A stretch of DNA of 64,000 nucleotides from Candidatus Pseudobutyricicoccus lothianensis (GCA_904419295.1 CAJFRA010000004.1:4710-68709); one strand, 5' to 3'; shown: positions 35,475 through 44,667, counted from the stretch's first letter. Notes: a model not told the origin generated them from the sequence alone. Made by a program: numbers and translations.

Positions 35475-37982
35475 CTATTTCTGCTGATAGAGAGCGTTAA
35501 ATAGCAGTTTGAACGTGCCATGGGTCTGGCAGCGATGCTGAGGTGCGAAGCCATATAGGACGACATCGCCTTGGCCGCAATGAACTTGCAACAGAGCCGG
35601 TGTGCCAGCAATCAATTCTTCTCCTACCAACAAGCCGCTCTGCAGCACATCTTTCTGGGCATAACAAGCCGCCTCTTCGTATTGGTCGGCGGAGAATTTC
35701 TCCTTGACCTGCAGAACAGGACCGTTCCAATGGAAGGCCAGCGCTTTTTTCGGCATGCCGTAGCACAGAGGATGATTGGTATCCAGCTGAATGTGCAATG
35801 TGGAGCCATGGGTATTGAATTCAGTAAGCGATTTGCCAGCCGCCAGGTTCTTCACTTTGAGCCCGCAGGCTTTGGCTGCAAAATCACAGGACTGGTTAAA
35901 GGCCAACAGCCGGCCGCCTTTTTCCACAAAGGCGCGGATCGCATCCATACCTTCTTGGCCCAAACCGCTCTGTTTCTCGGGAGGCTGCTTGCCCACATAT
36001 TGCATCATGCTCTCAAAGCGGGGGTCATCTTGGTAATGTTGCGGGCCATACAGCATTTCATACTGATCGCTGGGTAGGATCAGCACATCAAATTCATCCA
36101 GCTTCCCGCCAGTGATGTCTTCATCCATTACAGTGGTGTAGGAATATGCCATCCGCTCCAGCAGCAGGCGGGTCCAGCCCTCATCGGCATTGCCGGTGTA
36201 ATAGCGCTGATACATCGCCACTTTCAGCGGCTTGATCTCTGTCATCTGGGGATATGGCTGCTCTACAGTGCGCACCACAGCATGAGTCTCATCAAAAATG
36301 GGGTTGAGCGCTGCGGCATCGCCTTCGACATAAAAGTCGTGCCACGGGCAGGTATCGATGCGTTGCACTCGATAGCCCGCTTTCAAAAGCAGGTTTACCG
36401 TGTGGTAGCTTTCGTTTTCTTTGGCGGAGATCACATAGCCCTTTGCTTGGGGCACTTGTACGGGTGCTGGCGCCGGAAGGGAAGTGAAGGGTTCGAATGC
36501 TCCCTCTACTTTGGCGCAAGCGGGAACCACTTCTACACCCATGTATTCTGCCACCGTATCGCTGGCCGTATCAAAAGCCGTCAACGCTCCATTCAGATCG
36601 TGGGTCCAGAAATTATCGGGGTACAAAGTGCGGCCCAGCAAGTTCATAGCAACACCCATCTTCGGCTGTGCCAGCGGCACCAAGATGGAACCTTCCGGAT
36701 AATTGTGTCCATTCACCTGGAAAGGAGCGGTGGCGCGATGCATCTCCAGCCCCTGATCCAGCAGCATCTTCAGCAGGGCACGGAGCACGCTCTGATCGAA
36801 TTGATCGGCCGAAATGATAAACGCCTGCTCGTCGCTCTCGGCGCCCCGCTGGGTCTGACGCAGGGCTTTCTGGGTCATGTTGAACAAAATTTGCTGCCGG
36901 TTTTTCGCCATGGTATCCAGCACGGTGTAAGCTGCGCAATATTGGCGTTTTACAATATCGCCCAGACGCCACCAGCCGCCCGGCCAGGGATGTGTGAAGT
37001 GGACTTGCTGCCCATAGAACGGGGTGGCCGTATCGTGGTTGCCCTCCAGCTGCTCTGGATGGATATAGAGCGGCGTAGCCAATTTGGCATTGGCGCTTTC
37101 ACTGAGCATGCCGGCAATGTTATGGCTGTTGGTGATCCAGTGGTAACCATAATGGCCCCATCCCGGGAACTGAGCCATCATAGTGGCGCCAGATAGCCCT
37201 TCTTGCTCCATGCGATAACACATATTCGCCCCGTAGAGGGATAGTTCGTTGTAAACCAGAGGATCGGTATAAGGCCGTACCGGGTTTTTATATGGCGGCA
37301 CAAAGATGCGGGCGCCATAACTGCCCATGTGATGGTGATCGAAATAGGATTGGGGTGTCCATTCTTTGAACAAGATATCCCCCATGTATTGGGACTCTAT
37401 AATATTATGGGCGAAAGAATCCCGGTTGTTATCGTGGCCTGTATACTTATGGTATAGGGAAGGATAGTTACATCCTTCGTATTCGGTACCCAGCGTTGCA
37501 TTGTACCAGTCAGTCACCATGATCTGCCCGTCAGGATTGAAGCAGGGGACCATGACCAATACCACATTTTCCAGGATATTTCGAATCTCTTCTGTCTCAC
37601 CGCAAAGCAGATCATAGGCCAGCTGGGGAGCCATTTGCGTGCCGCCGATCTCTGTGGCATGCAGGCTCATGCTTTGCACGCTCACCGCCTTGCCCCGGGC
37701 CACCAGTGCCTGAATTTCCTCCTCGGAAAGGCCGCGAGGGTCTGCGATCTTTTGGTTGTCTTGACGGATCTCTTCCAGATGAGCAAAGTTTTCAGGCGAA
37801 GTGATGATAACCTTCAAAAAGGGATTCCCCTCGGTAGAAGGCCCCATGTCTGTCACCTGAATACGGTCGGATTCAGAATCCAACAATTTGTAATATTCGA
37901 CGATTTTATCCCAACGTGCAATTTTTCGATCTGCACCCAATGGGAACCCAAAAAACGCCTCAGGGGATGTGATGTGTGGCAT
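35475..37982 (-). CDS. M14 family metallopeptidase-like protein with a C-terminal class-I-glutamine-amidotransferase-like domain
   Basis: 835 aa from ATG 37982, with AAGGAGG upstream. The N-terminal half resembles a zinc carboxypeptidase (SMSLHATEIGG...VPCFNPDG). The C-terminal roughly 230 aa resemble a GATase1-like fold (FDVLILPS...GGRLLAFNQS). Confidence 0.75.
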   Translation of the reverse strand: MPHITSPEAFFGFPLGADRKIARWDKIVEYYKLLDSESDRIQVTDMGPSTEGNPFLKVIITSPENFAHLEEIRQDNQKIADPRGLSEEEIQALVARGKAVSVQSMSLHATEIGGTQMAPQLAYDLLCGETEEIRNILENVVLVMVPCFNPDGQIMVTDWYNATLGTEYEGCNYPSLYHKYTGHDNNRDSFAHNIIESQYMGDILFKEWTPQSYFDHHHMGSYGARIFVPPYKNPVRPYTDPLVYNELSLYGANMCYRMEQEGLSGATMMAQFPGWGHYGYHWITNSHNIAGMLSESANAKLATPLYIHPEQLEGNHDTATPFYGQQVHFTHPWPGGWWRLGDIVKRQYCAAYTVLDTMAKNRQQILFNMTQKALRQTQRGAESDEQAFIISADQFDQSVLRALLKMLLDQGLEMHRATAPFQVNGHNYPEGSILVPLAQPKMGVAMNLLGRTLYPDNFWTHDLNGALTAFDTASDTVAEYMGVEVVPACAKVEGAFEPFTSLPAPAPVQVPQAKGYVISAKENESYHTVNLLLKAGYRVQRIDTCPWHDFYVEGDAAALNPIFDETHAVVRTVEQPYPQMTEIKPLKVAMYQRYYTGNADEGWTRLLLERMAYSYTTVMDEDITGGKLDEFDVLILPSDQYEMLYGPQHYQDDPRFESMMQYVGKQPPEKQSGLGQEGMDAIRAFVEKGGRLLAFNQSCDFAAKACGLKVKNLAAGKSLTEFNTHGSTLHIQLDTNHPLCYGMPKKALAFHWNGPVLQVKEKFSADQYEEAACYAQKDVLQSGLLVGEELIAGTPALLQVHCGQGDVVLYGFAPQHRCQTHGTFKLLFNALYQQK

Positions 37983-38188
37983 AAGAAACAAACCTCCTTT
38001 GCAGTAAGACCTCATGCGGCCCACTTCGATTTGCCGCAAATAATATGTACTGTCTTGAGAATAACACAAAAATCCATAAAATACAATCGCATTTTAAGAA
38101 TTTTATTATAAAAAATCACCAAAAATTAAGATCTCAAATTGGTTAATAGCAGCTGTAAAGGGGAACGGCAGACAGCGGAAGGTTTATT

Positions 38189-38215
38189 AGTTTACATAAA
38201 ACAGTTTACATAAAA
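38189..38215. repeat. Tandem direct repeat AGTTTACATAAAA x2 (14-bp period) in a divergent intergenic region
   Basis: Identical 13-mers at 38189..38201 and 38203..38215. Confidence 0.8.
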
Positions 38216-38291
38216 TATATTTCTCTTTTCTTTTTTCACCGCTCCTCTTGCTATCTGCTCCAAAGACGGGTATAGTAAAAAGTAAGATCCG

Positions 38292-38320
38292 TCATATCCT
38301 CTGCTGCCACTGCATAAGAT
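38292..38320 (+). promoter_or_regulatory. Sigma-E-like promoter match upstream of the spoIIM-like gene
   Basis: TCATATC (38292..38298), a 14-nt spacer, then CATAAGAT (38313..38320). Confidence 0.4.
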
Positions 38321-38331
38321 GGCAGCAGAGG
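38298..38331 (+). promoter_or_regulatory. Perfect 12-bp inverted repeat overlapping the promoter match and the SD of the spoIIM-like gene
   Basis: CCTCTGCTGCCA, a 10-nt loop, then TGGCAGCAGAGG. The 3' arm runs into GAGGTGA, the SD for ATG 38340. Confidence 0.6.
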
Positions 38332-38339
38332 TGACGAAA

Positions 38340-38942
38340 ATGACTCGAAAGAGAAAGCGGGACATGCGCTTGCCAATGCCTGCGGGAACTGTATTGCTGT
38401 TGCTCTGCCTTGCTTTGGGGGCGTTGGCTGGCAGTTTGTTGTTCCGTGGCAGTCTGCCGCAAGCGCAGGATCTGACCGCACAATTGGATCGCCAGGCCTC
38501 TGCTGGCCGCCTGGCTCTATTTTTTACTCTCTTCTGGGACAGCCTACGCTACTTAGTGCCGTTATTTCTGTGTGCCTATTTTCGTTTCGGCGCTTTTGCT
38601 GTACCACTTCTTTTTGCGGCTAAAGGTTTTTCTTTGGCCCGTACAGCAACTGCTTTTTTGGCAAGCTATGGCCTGCGTGGATATGGAGCCTTTTGGCTGG
38701 CTTACTGTATCAACGGCTTTTTTGTCCTATTGTGTTTGCTGGCATTGGGGAGCCGCGTTATAGCCTTGTGCTGTGGGCAACGGAGCGTCCCCCGAGGCCA
38801 CCATTCTTTTCTGCGCATTCATCCTGGGCCAGCGTATTATGAATGTGCTTTGGTCTGCTTGGCACTTTGCCTGCTATGCAGTCTGGTCGGCTGTATTCTG
38901 ACTCCACTTTTCAGCACTGCAGCACTTGCCATGATCACTTGA
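38340..38942 (+). CDS. spoIIM: Stage II sporulation protein M-like membrane protein
   Basis: About 200 aa with 5 TM segments, a basic N-terminus and an FAAKGFSL segment comparable to the KG motif of SpoIIM. Its position next to xerD matches other Firmicutes. The start is either 38340 or 38319. Confidence 0.5.
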   Translation: MTRKRKRDMRLPMPAGTVLLLLCLALGALAGSLLFRGSLPQAQDLTAQLDRQASAGRLALFFTLFWDSLRYLVPLFLCAYFRFGAFAVPLLFAAKGFSLARTATAFLASYGLRGYGAFWLAYCINGFFVLLCLLALGSRVIALCCGQRSVPRGHHSFLRIHPGPAYYECALVCLALCLLCSLVGCILTPLFSTAALAMIT

Positions 38943-38963
38943 GTAAAACAGGAGGAAACTGCT

Positions 38964-39860
38964 ATGGAAGACCGGTTTCTCGGTTTCCGCCGCTATTTGG
39001 TACAGCAAAAACGAGCGGCCCCCAATACGGTTGCATCCTATTTGCGGGATGTTGCCGGCCTGGACCGGTTCGCCGGTTTTTCTGCCGATATCGATTATGC
39101 AGCAGCTTCTCCTGACCTGGTGTCTAGTTATCTAAACCAGCTAAAAGACCAAGGGCGGAAACCTTCTACTTTAAATCGGGTGCGTGCTTCGATCAGCTGC
39201 TACTATCGCTATTTGACCGAACAGGGGATCGCAAACGGGAACCCGGCCAAATCTGTCCCTTTGCCACTGCCCAGCCGGAGCATACCTGCCATTTTGACAA
39301 CAGCAGAGATGGACCGGTTATTGTCTGCCCCAAACGATCACGACATATTATCCTGCCGGGATCGAGCCATGTTGGAACTGTTGTATGCCACCGGGCTCAA
39401 AGTAACGGCATTGACTGCGTTGAATGTGGACGATCTGCATTTGGACATGGGGTTTTTGCGCAGTGCCGGCCGGCATGAGCGGATGCTCCCGTTGTATCAG
39501 ACTGCGGTGGACAAGCTGCGGGAATATATCAAACGCCGCCCTGCGTTGCTGCAAGACCCAGGGGAGCCTGCCTTGTTCGTCAACAGCAATGGAGGCCGGT
39601 TGACGCGCCAAGGTTTTTGGAAGATCATCAAGCAGCGTGCCCGCCAAGCCGGCATCCAAAAGGATATCACGCCCCAAAGTTTGCGCCATTCCTTGGCCAT
39701 TCATCTGCTGCAGAATGGAGCCACACCCCAAGACCTTCAGCAGATCTTGGGATACGAAGATCCAACCGCAGCCCAGCAGTACGCCAAACTGTTTCGCCAG
39801 AGTTGGATGGGAAACTACAGTCAACTTCATCCCCGGGCCGGGAAAAAGGGGAGCTGCTGA
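38964..39860 (+). CDS. xerD: Tyrosine recombinase XerD-like
   Basis: 298 aa. SAM-like N-domain (FLGFRRYLVQQKRAAPNTVASYLRDV) and a catalytic domain with R...HxxR...Y (LRHSLAIHLLQNG...LGYEDPTAAQQY). Confidence 0.8.
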   Translation: MEDRFLGFRRYLVQQKRAAPNTVASYLRDVAGLDRFAGFSADIDYAAASPDLVSSYLNQLKDQGRKPSTLNRVRASISCYYRYLTEQGIANGNPAKSVPLPLPSRSIPAILTTAEMDRLLSAPNDHDILSCRDRAMLELLYATGLKVTALTALNVDDLHLDMGFLRSAGRHERMLPLYQTAVDKLREYIKRRPALLQDPGEPALFVNSNGGRLTRQGFWKIIKQRARQAGIQKDITPQSLRHSLAIHLLQNGATPQDLQQILGYEDPTAAQQYAKLFRQSWMGNYSQLHPRAGKKGSC

Positions 39861-39886
39861 CCGGAGAAAAAGGAAGGAGAACGTTT

Positions 39887-40051
39887 ATGTCCAGAGCAGT
39901 AGGGTCGTCCGTTTTATCTCTATTGGGTGGCATCGTCGGTTTGTTCCTAGGAGCATTTTTAAATCAGCCCATGGAAGGTGCCATTGTTGGCACTTTGGTC
40001 GTTGGCATTGGCTGTATCGTCTATGCTGTCGATCAACAGGAACGAGACTAG
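39887..40051 (+). CDS. Small membrane protein (54 aa)
   Basis: GGAAGGAG SD upstream of ATG 39887, two Gly-rich hydrophobic segments, and a strong terminator downstream. Confidence 0.5.
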   Translation: MSRAVGSSVLSLLGGIVGLFLGAFLNQPMEGAIVGTLVVGIGCIVYAVDQQERD

Positions 40052-40090
40052 ATCTCAATGTAGTGATTGGTTCCGAAATCTGCAACGCAA

Positions 40091-40130
40091 AACAGCCGTC
40101 TGGTAAAGACCGAGACGGCTGTTGCTTTTG
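40091..40130 (+). terminator. Rho-independent terminator
   Basis: AACAGCCGTCT, loop, AGACGGCTGTT, followed by GCTTTTG. Confidence 0.8.
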
Positions 40131-40309
40131 GAAACCTTATAAGGATCAAGCGAAAAGAGGAGGTTTGCAGCTCGAATCACAATTATACCAAATGTGGGTT
40201 TTGTATAATTGAGTGGAGGTTTTTATGGAGTCCTCGCACCAAGGCTCTGATTTGGGTCTATGCCGGCAAATCAGCGAATCCAACCTAAACATTACAGCAT
40301 TTTGTCCTT

Positions 40310-40338
40310 TTGCAATTCAAGTGCTATTTTGTTATACT
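40310..40338 (+). promoter_or_regulatory. Sigma-A-type promoter candidate for the second tyrosine recombinase gene
   Basis: TTGCAA (40310..40315), a 17-nt spacer, then TATACT (40333..40338). Confidence 0.5.
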
Positions 40339-40421
40339 AATTCCATTGACGCGCAGCCACGCCAGCGTTGCTTTTTAAATTTTTTCATTTCCTAAGCTTT
40401 TCCCAGAAAGGACTGTTCTTC

Positions 40422-41537
40422 ATGGATTACCGCGCTGAAGCGCCAGAAGAAATCCGAAATTATTTAACGTATATGGAAACCATCCGCGGCCGGTCACGCC
40501 GCACCTGCCAAGAATATTTTTTGGATCTTCGTACATTTTTCCGTTTTTTGTTGCGCAAGCGCCAACTGGTGCCTGCCGATACACCTTTTGAACAAATTTC
40601 GATCGATTGCGTGGATCTGGATCTGATTTCCAGCGTTACATTGACCGATCTTTACGATTTTCTCAGTTTTGCCAGTCACGATCTCCCCAAATATCACAAA
40701 AGTGCTTCTTCCCCCACTGGAAACGGCGCCAGCGCCCGTTCCCGTAAAGTAGCGGCCCTCCGTTCCTTTTACCGGTATTTGACCGAAAAAGTGCATAAAA
40801 TCGAGCACAATCCAGTACAAAACTTGGATTCTCCCAAACTCAAACGGTCACTCCCACGCCACCTTTCTTTTCAGGAAAGCGTGGATCTGCTCCAGCACAT
40901 TGACAGCGAATATCCGGAGCGGGATTACTGCATCATCACATTATTTTTAAACTGCGGGCTGCGGGTATCCGAATTGGTGGGCATCAACCGGGGTGATGTG
41001 CGCGGCGATACGCTGCGTGTGCTGGGCAAGGGCAACAAAGAACGCATTGTCTATTTAAACGAAGCCTGCCAACAAGCCATACAAGCCTATTTGCCTACCC
41101 GCATCCAACCGCGGCCCGAAGATGCCAATGCCCTATTTATCAGTCGTTTGGGCCGCCGCATCAGTGCTCAAACCGTGAAATGGATGGTCGGACGCCAGCT
41201 GGAAAAGGCCGGTTTGGGCGACAAAAATTATTCGGCTCACAAATTGCGCCACACAGCTGCTACGCTCATGTATCAAAACGGCGTAGATGTGCGCACATTG
41301 AAAGAAGTGCTGGGCCATGAAAACCTGGATACCACTATGATTTATACCCATGTGACTGACGACAATATGAAACAAGCTGCCCAATATAGCCCGTTGGCCC
41401 ATGTGGTGCCGCCTCGGCGAGAAAAAAAATCCGCCGTGCAATCCAAAGACCCGGTGGATCAAAAAACAGAGGACTCATCTCCCCTATCATCGGAGCAAAA
41501 CGAAGCAGAGACAGCAGATGCCGCCGATCGCGAATGA
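40422..41537 (+). CDS. Tyrosine recombinase (XerC/integrase family) with an acidic, low-complexity C-terminal tail
   Basis: IRNYLTYMETIRGRSRRTCQEYFLDLRTFFRFL N-domain, and a catalytic domain with ...HKLRHTAATLMYQNG...LGHENLDTTMIYTH. The tail PPRREKKSAVQSKDPVDQKTEDSSPLSSEQNEAETADAADRE is extra. Confidence 0.85.
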   Translation: MDYRAEAPEEIRNYLTYMETIRGRSRRTCQEYFLDLRTFFRFLLRKRQLVPADTPFEQISIDCVDLDLISSVTLTDLYDFLSFASHDLPKYHKSASSPTGNGASARSRKVAALRSFYRYLTEKVHKIEHNPVQNLDSPKLKRSLPRHLSFQESVDLLQHIDSEYPERDYCIITLFLNCGLRVSELVGINRGDVRGDTLRVLGKGNKERIVYLNEACQQAIQAYLPTRIQPRPEDANALFISRLGRRISAQTVKWMVGRQLEKAGLGDKNYSAHKLRHTAATLMYQNGVDVRTLKEVLGHENLDTTMIYTHVTDDNMKQAAQYSPLAHVVPPRREKKSAVQSKDPVDQKTEDSSPLSSEQNEAETADAADRE

Positions 41538-42395
41538 TTATTCACTACGGCGCCATTCCATCTCCACCAATCCCTGCAATTGCAAGGTGATACGGCCTGC
41601 CTCGTCGATCATTTGAGCTGCTGCAGGCCCGTTTTGCCCGCCAAACAAGGAAAAAGCAAAGCCATTTCCTTCTTCTCCCTCGCTCAGCAACGTACAGCCA
41701 GCGGTGTATACCGTATTGCCCACTTGGGCCTGTAAACTGCCGGCCAAGCATATCCCCCGTTGACCGGTGGGGGTGCGCAGCTCTTCCACTGCTGAAACCA
41801 GCCGGCCTTCCTTTTGCGAAAAATCTCCCTCCGCTTGAAAAAAGGCGGTATACTTCCCTTGCCCATCCTGGCGCAAGGCTGCTAGACGGATGACACATTG
41901 CCCGTCATCATAGATCGTTTTCCCCTGGCTGTCTGCCAGGTCGTTCAGATCCACTTCCAGCGAAAAGACACCCTCCACTGGTTTGCGCGCCAGGGTATAG
42001 CGGGTGTTTTCCGCCAAATAATCAATGCCCCGGGTATGTATTCCCAGCCAGCCGCTGTACCACGCAACCAAACCAACGCAGAGCCCCAAGACAAGCAGAC
42101 CAGCAAGGGCCCCCAGACCTATCTTCCATGCCCAGCGCTCCCGGCGGCCTTCCCGGCTGTAAGCACCGGGCAAAGCCTCCAACAAAGCCTCATAAAAATC
42201 AGAAAAACTGCCGCCGTATACACTTTGCGGCGGCTTTTTTTGCGCTTGCGCCTCCAACAAAAGGGTATAGATGCCATCCAGAGCCTCTCTCCGGTCATCG
42301 ACTGGCGCAATATCACGGCAAAGGCGCTGGTGCAAGCGCCGGAATTCCGCCCAATAGGGGCCGCTCAGCCCCTCGTTTTCTCGCTTGCTTCCCAT
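41538..42395 (-). CDS. Hypothetical single-pass membrane protein
   Basis: 285 aa with one central TM segment (IGLGALAGLLVLGLCVGLVAWY). It lies 4 nt downstream of the cytidylate-kinase-like gene. Confidence 0.6.
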   Translation of the reverse strand: MGSKRENEGLSGPYWAEFRRLHQRLCRDIAPVDDRREALDGIYTLLLEAQAQKKPPQSVYGGSFSDFYEALLEALPGAYSREGRRERWAWKIGLGALAGLLVLGLCVGLVAWYSGWLGIHTRGIDYLAENTRYTLARKPVEGVFSLEVDLNDLADSQGKTIYDDGQCVIRLAALRQDGQGKYTAFFQAEGDFSQKEGRLVSAVEELRTPTGQRGICLAGSLQAQVGNTVYTAGCTLLSEGEEGNGFAFSLFGGQNGPAAAQMIDEAGRITLQLQGLVEMEWRRSE

Positions 42396-42399
42396 GTTC

Positions 42400-43005
42400 T
42401 CACAGTGCCTGTGCCAGCTGCACGATCATTTCAACGCAGCGTTCTTGTCCGATCTCGCCGCTGTTGAGGGACAAGTGGTAATTTTGGGCCATCCCCCATT
42501 CCCGCTCGGTGTAATGCTTATAATACAGCCTGCGGCGGCGGTCTTTATCGTCCAGTCTCTTTTCCGGGCTTTGTTCCGATGTGCCATACCGGCGTACGAT
42601 TCGTTCTGCCCTGGCTTTAGGGTCTGCGTGAATAAAAACGTGGAAACAATCGGTCCTGTCTTTCAATATGAAATCAGCACACCGGCCCACAATGACACAT
42701 TTTCCTTTCTCAGCCAGATCCAAAATTACTTTCCGCTGCATGGCCCACAAAAAATCATCCATCGAAGGGCCGGCCATCACACCGGGAAAACTCAAATGCG
42801 AAAAGGCAGCAGCCAGCCAGTTTTTCGCGCTGGCATATTCGCCGTTCTCCTCTACAAAACCTTCGGAAAATCCGGTTTCCATCGAAATTTGCTTGACCAG
42901 CTCTTTGTCATAGTAAGCATATCCCAACTTTTTTGCCACTTCTTTGGCAATGGTCCGGCCACCGCTGCCGAATTCACGGCTGATCGTAATGATATTTTTG
43001 CTCAT
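42400..43005 (-). CDS. Cytidylate kinase-like family protein
   Basis: MSKNIITISREFGSGGRTIAKEVAKKLGYAYYDKELV is typical of the cytidylate-kinase-like (AAA_18) family. Confidence 0.8.
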   Translation of the reverse strand: MSKNIITISREFGSGGRTIAKEVAKKLGYAYYDKELVKQISMETGFSEGFVEENGEYASAKNWLAAAFSHLSFPGVMAGPSMDDFLWAMQRKVILDLAEKGKCVIVGRCADFILKDRTDCFHVFIHADPKARAERIVRRYGTSEQSPEKRLDDKDRRRRLYYKHYTEREWGMAQNYHLSLNSGEIGQERCVEMIVQLAQAL

Positions 43006-43129
43006 AGAACCGAAATCTCCTCCTTATGAGATCGCTAGTTGTCTTTCCTTGTCATTATACAATGGATAGCGGAGCAAAGGCAAGAAGAGTTCTGCCTACC
43101 AAAGCCCAAATGCCTCGTTCATAATGCTT

Positions 43130-43852
43130 TCAATGGGCGTGTGTATGGCCCACACTGAGCAGCAATGCCAGCAAGACACCGCATAGCAGTAGGAAAAGCA
43201 AAACACCTCGCTTCCCTTCTGCTTTGGTCTGCGTCAGTTCAAATGCTGCGGCAAACAACATGGAGCCCGCCGCTACCGAAAGGCAGAGGGAAAGCCAGAG
43301 CGGCGGCATGTGTCCAGCCATTGCCCCCAGCACGGCACCCACCATCAGCGGCAGGCCACACAAAGCAGAAAAAGCCACTGCCCGGCCTTTTTTCCAGCCG
43401 CCCTGCATCAATGGAAGAGCTGCCGCCATGCCGCCCGGCACATTGTGCAACGCGATCAATCCAGCCCGGCGCAAGACCTCGTCTTGCTGTGCCGCACCGA
43501 TCACAAATCCTTCTGGCAGATTGTGCAGCATCAGCGCCAGCACAATAATAAACCCAGCCGATAGCATCGCGCCCCCCTGCCGGTCGGCAGGCCGCCGCAT
43601 GTGTTCGACCCCTTCGGCCAGGGCGACGAAACCGGCGCCTCCCAAAAGCCCCAACCCCACCAGCCACAAGGGGCTGTGTTCGACCGCCTCCGGCAGCAGA
43701 TCGAAAAAGGCCATGCCCATCATCACACCTGCTGTAAAATACAGCAATCCAGCCAGGTCTTGCTGCTTACCGCCCATGTGGCAGGCCAGCAGACCGCCTA
43801 ACCCTGTGCCCACCACACCGGCCAAAAAAGAATAAAGAATTGCTTGTTCCAT
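43130..43852 (-). CDS. ZIP family metal (zinc) transporter
   Basis: FFDLLPEA, HNLPEGF and HNVPGG motifs. 240 aa from ATG 43852, with AAGGAG upstream. Confidence 0.85.
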   Translation of the reverse strand: MEQAILYSFLAGVVGTGLGGLLACHMGGKQQDLAGLLYFTAGVMMGMAFFDLLPEAVEHSPLWLVGLGLLGGAGFVALAEGVEHMRRPADRQGGAMLSAGFIIVLALMLHNLPEGFVIGAAQQDEVLRRAGLIALHNVPGGMAAALPLMQGGWKKGRAVAFSALCGLPLMVGAVLGAMAGHMPPLWLSLCLSVAAGSMLFAAAFELTQTKAEGKRGVLLFLLLCGVLLALLLSVGHTHAH

Positions 43853-43998
43853 GAAATTCGGGTCTCCTTTGCACAGCCTGAACAATTGGCAGGCTGATTT
43901 GTGTTGCGGAATGGATATTGTGTTCCCGCCCACTCTATTCTATAATACTCTTATAGCAAAATGGATCGCAATACCAATGAAATGAGGAGGAAATGATC

Positions 43999-44667
43999 AT
44001 GAGCACTGTATTCACCGAAAAAGTCCACGCTTATCTCATCGGCCTGTTTTACCGGAACTTGAAAGAAGCCCACGGCCAGCGGGGTGTGGAATGCTTCATC
44101 AAGTGCACTCAAAAAATGGCAGAACAACGGGGCGCCCGGATGGCTCTGCGGGTGTTGCGGGATGGCTATGAACTCAACTTCAAAGCCTATGCCGCCTACG
44201 GCGAATGGACCTCCAGTTTCCCCCGCCGCTCAGAAGAGGTAGGGCAATATCCAGATAAAGAAACAAAGAGCTACCTGTGCGCTTGGCGGGATACCTTTGC
44301 CGAGATGGACTTGGTGGAGTGCGGCATGGTCTATTGCAAAGAGATCGACCGCAGCATCGTGCGCGGCTATAACCCCGACTTGGTTTTCCAACTGAAAAGC
44401 TATCTGCACAACAGCCCTTGCTGTGACATGGTGTTCAAAGATGGTCTTGTGGGCGAAGATGCCACACCGAAAAGTGAGACAAAAAAGCCCTGGGACTACC
44501 ACTGTGGTCACGTGTATAAGACCTACCGGGAGAATATTTTGGATATTTTCCCCCAAGATCAAAACGTATTGGACCAGGTAGACGCCCAATTTACCCAAGC
44601 TTTTGGTGCCGAGGCTTTGGAGACGGTGAAAGGATATCTGTGCACAGATTTCAATCGCATTGGATGA
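43999..44667 (+). CDS. L-2-amino-thiazoline-4-carboxylic acid hydrolase-like family protein (name recalled, moderate confidence)
   Basis: 222 aa with CGMVYCKEIDRSIVRGYNPDL. Start at ATG 43999, 8 nt after GAGGAGG. Confidence 0.5.
   Translation: MSTVFTEKVHAYLIGLFYRNLKEAHGQRGVECFIKCTQKMAEQRGARMALRVLRDGYELNFKAYAAYGEWTSSFPRRSEEVGQYPDKETKSYLCAWRDTFAEMDLVECGMVYCKEIDRSIVRGYNPDLVFQLKSYLHNSPCCDMVFKDGLVGEDATPKSETKKPWDYHCGHVYKTYRENILDIFPQDQNVLDQVDAQFTQAFGAEALETVKGYLCTDFNRIG

Noticed and set aside
40225-40395. 56-aa ORF with a GGAGG SD between the small membrane-protein gene and the second recombinase gene.
   Set aside because: It overlaps the well-formed TTGCAA-17-TATACT promoter of the downstream gene, has no recognisable features and no terminator. 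It is more likely untranslated leader or promoter DNA.
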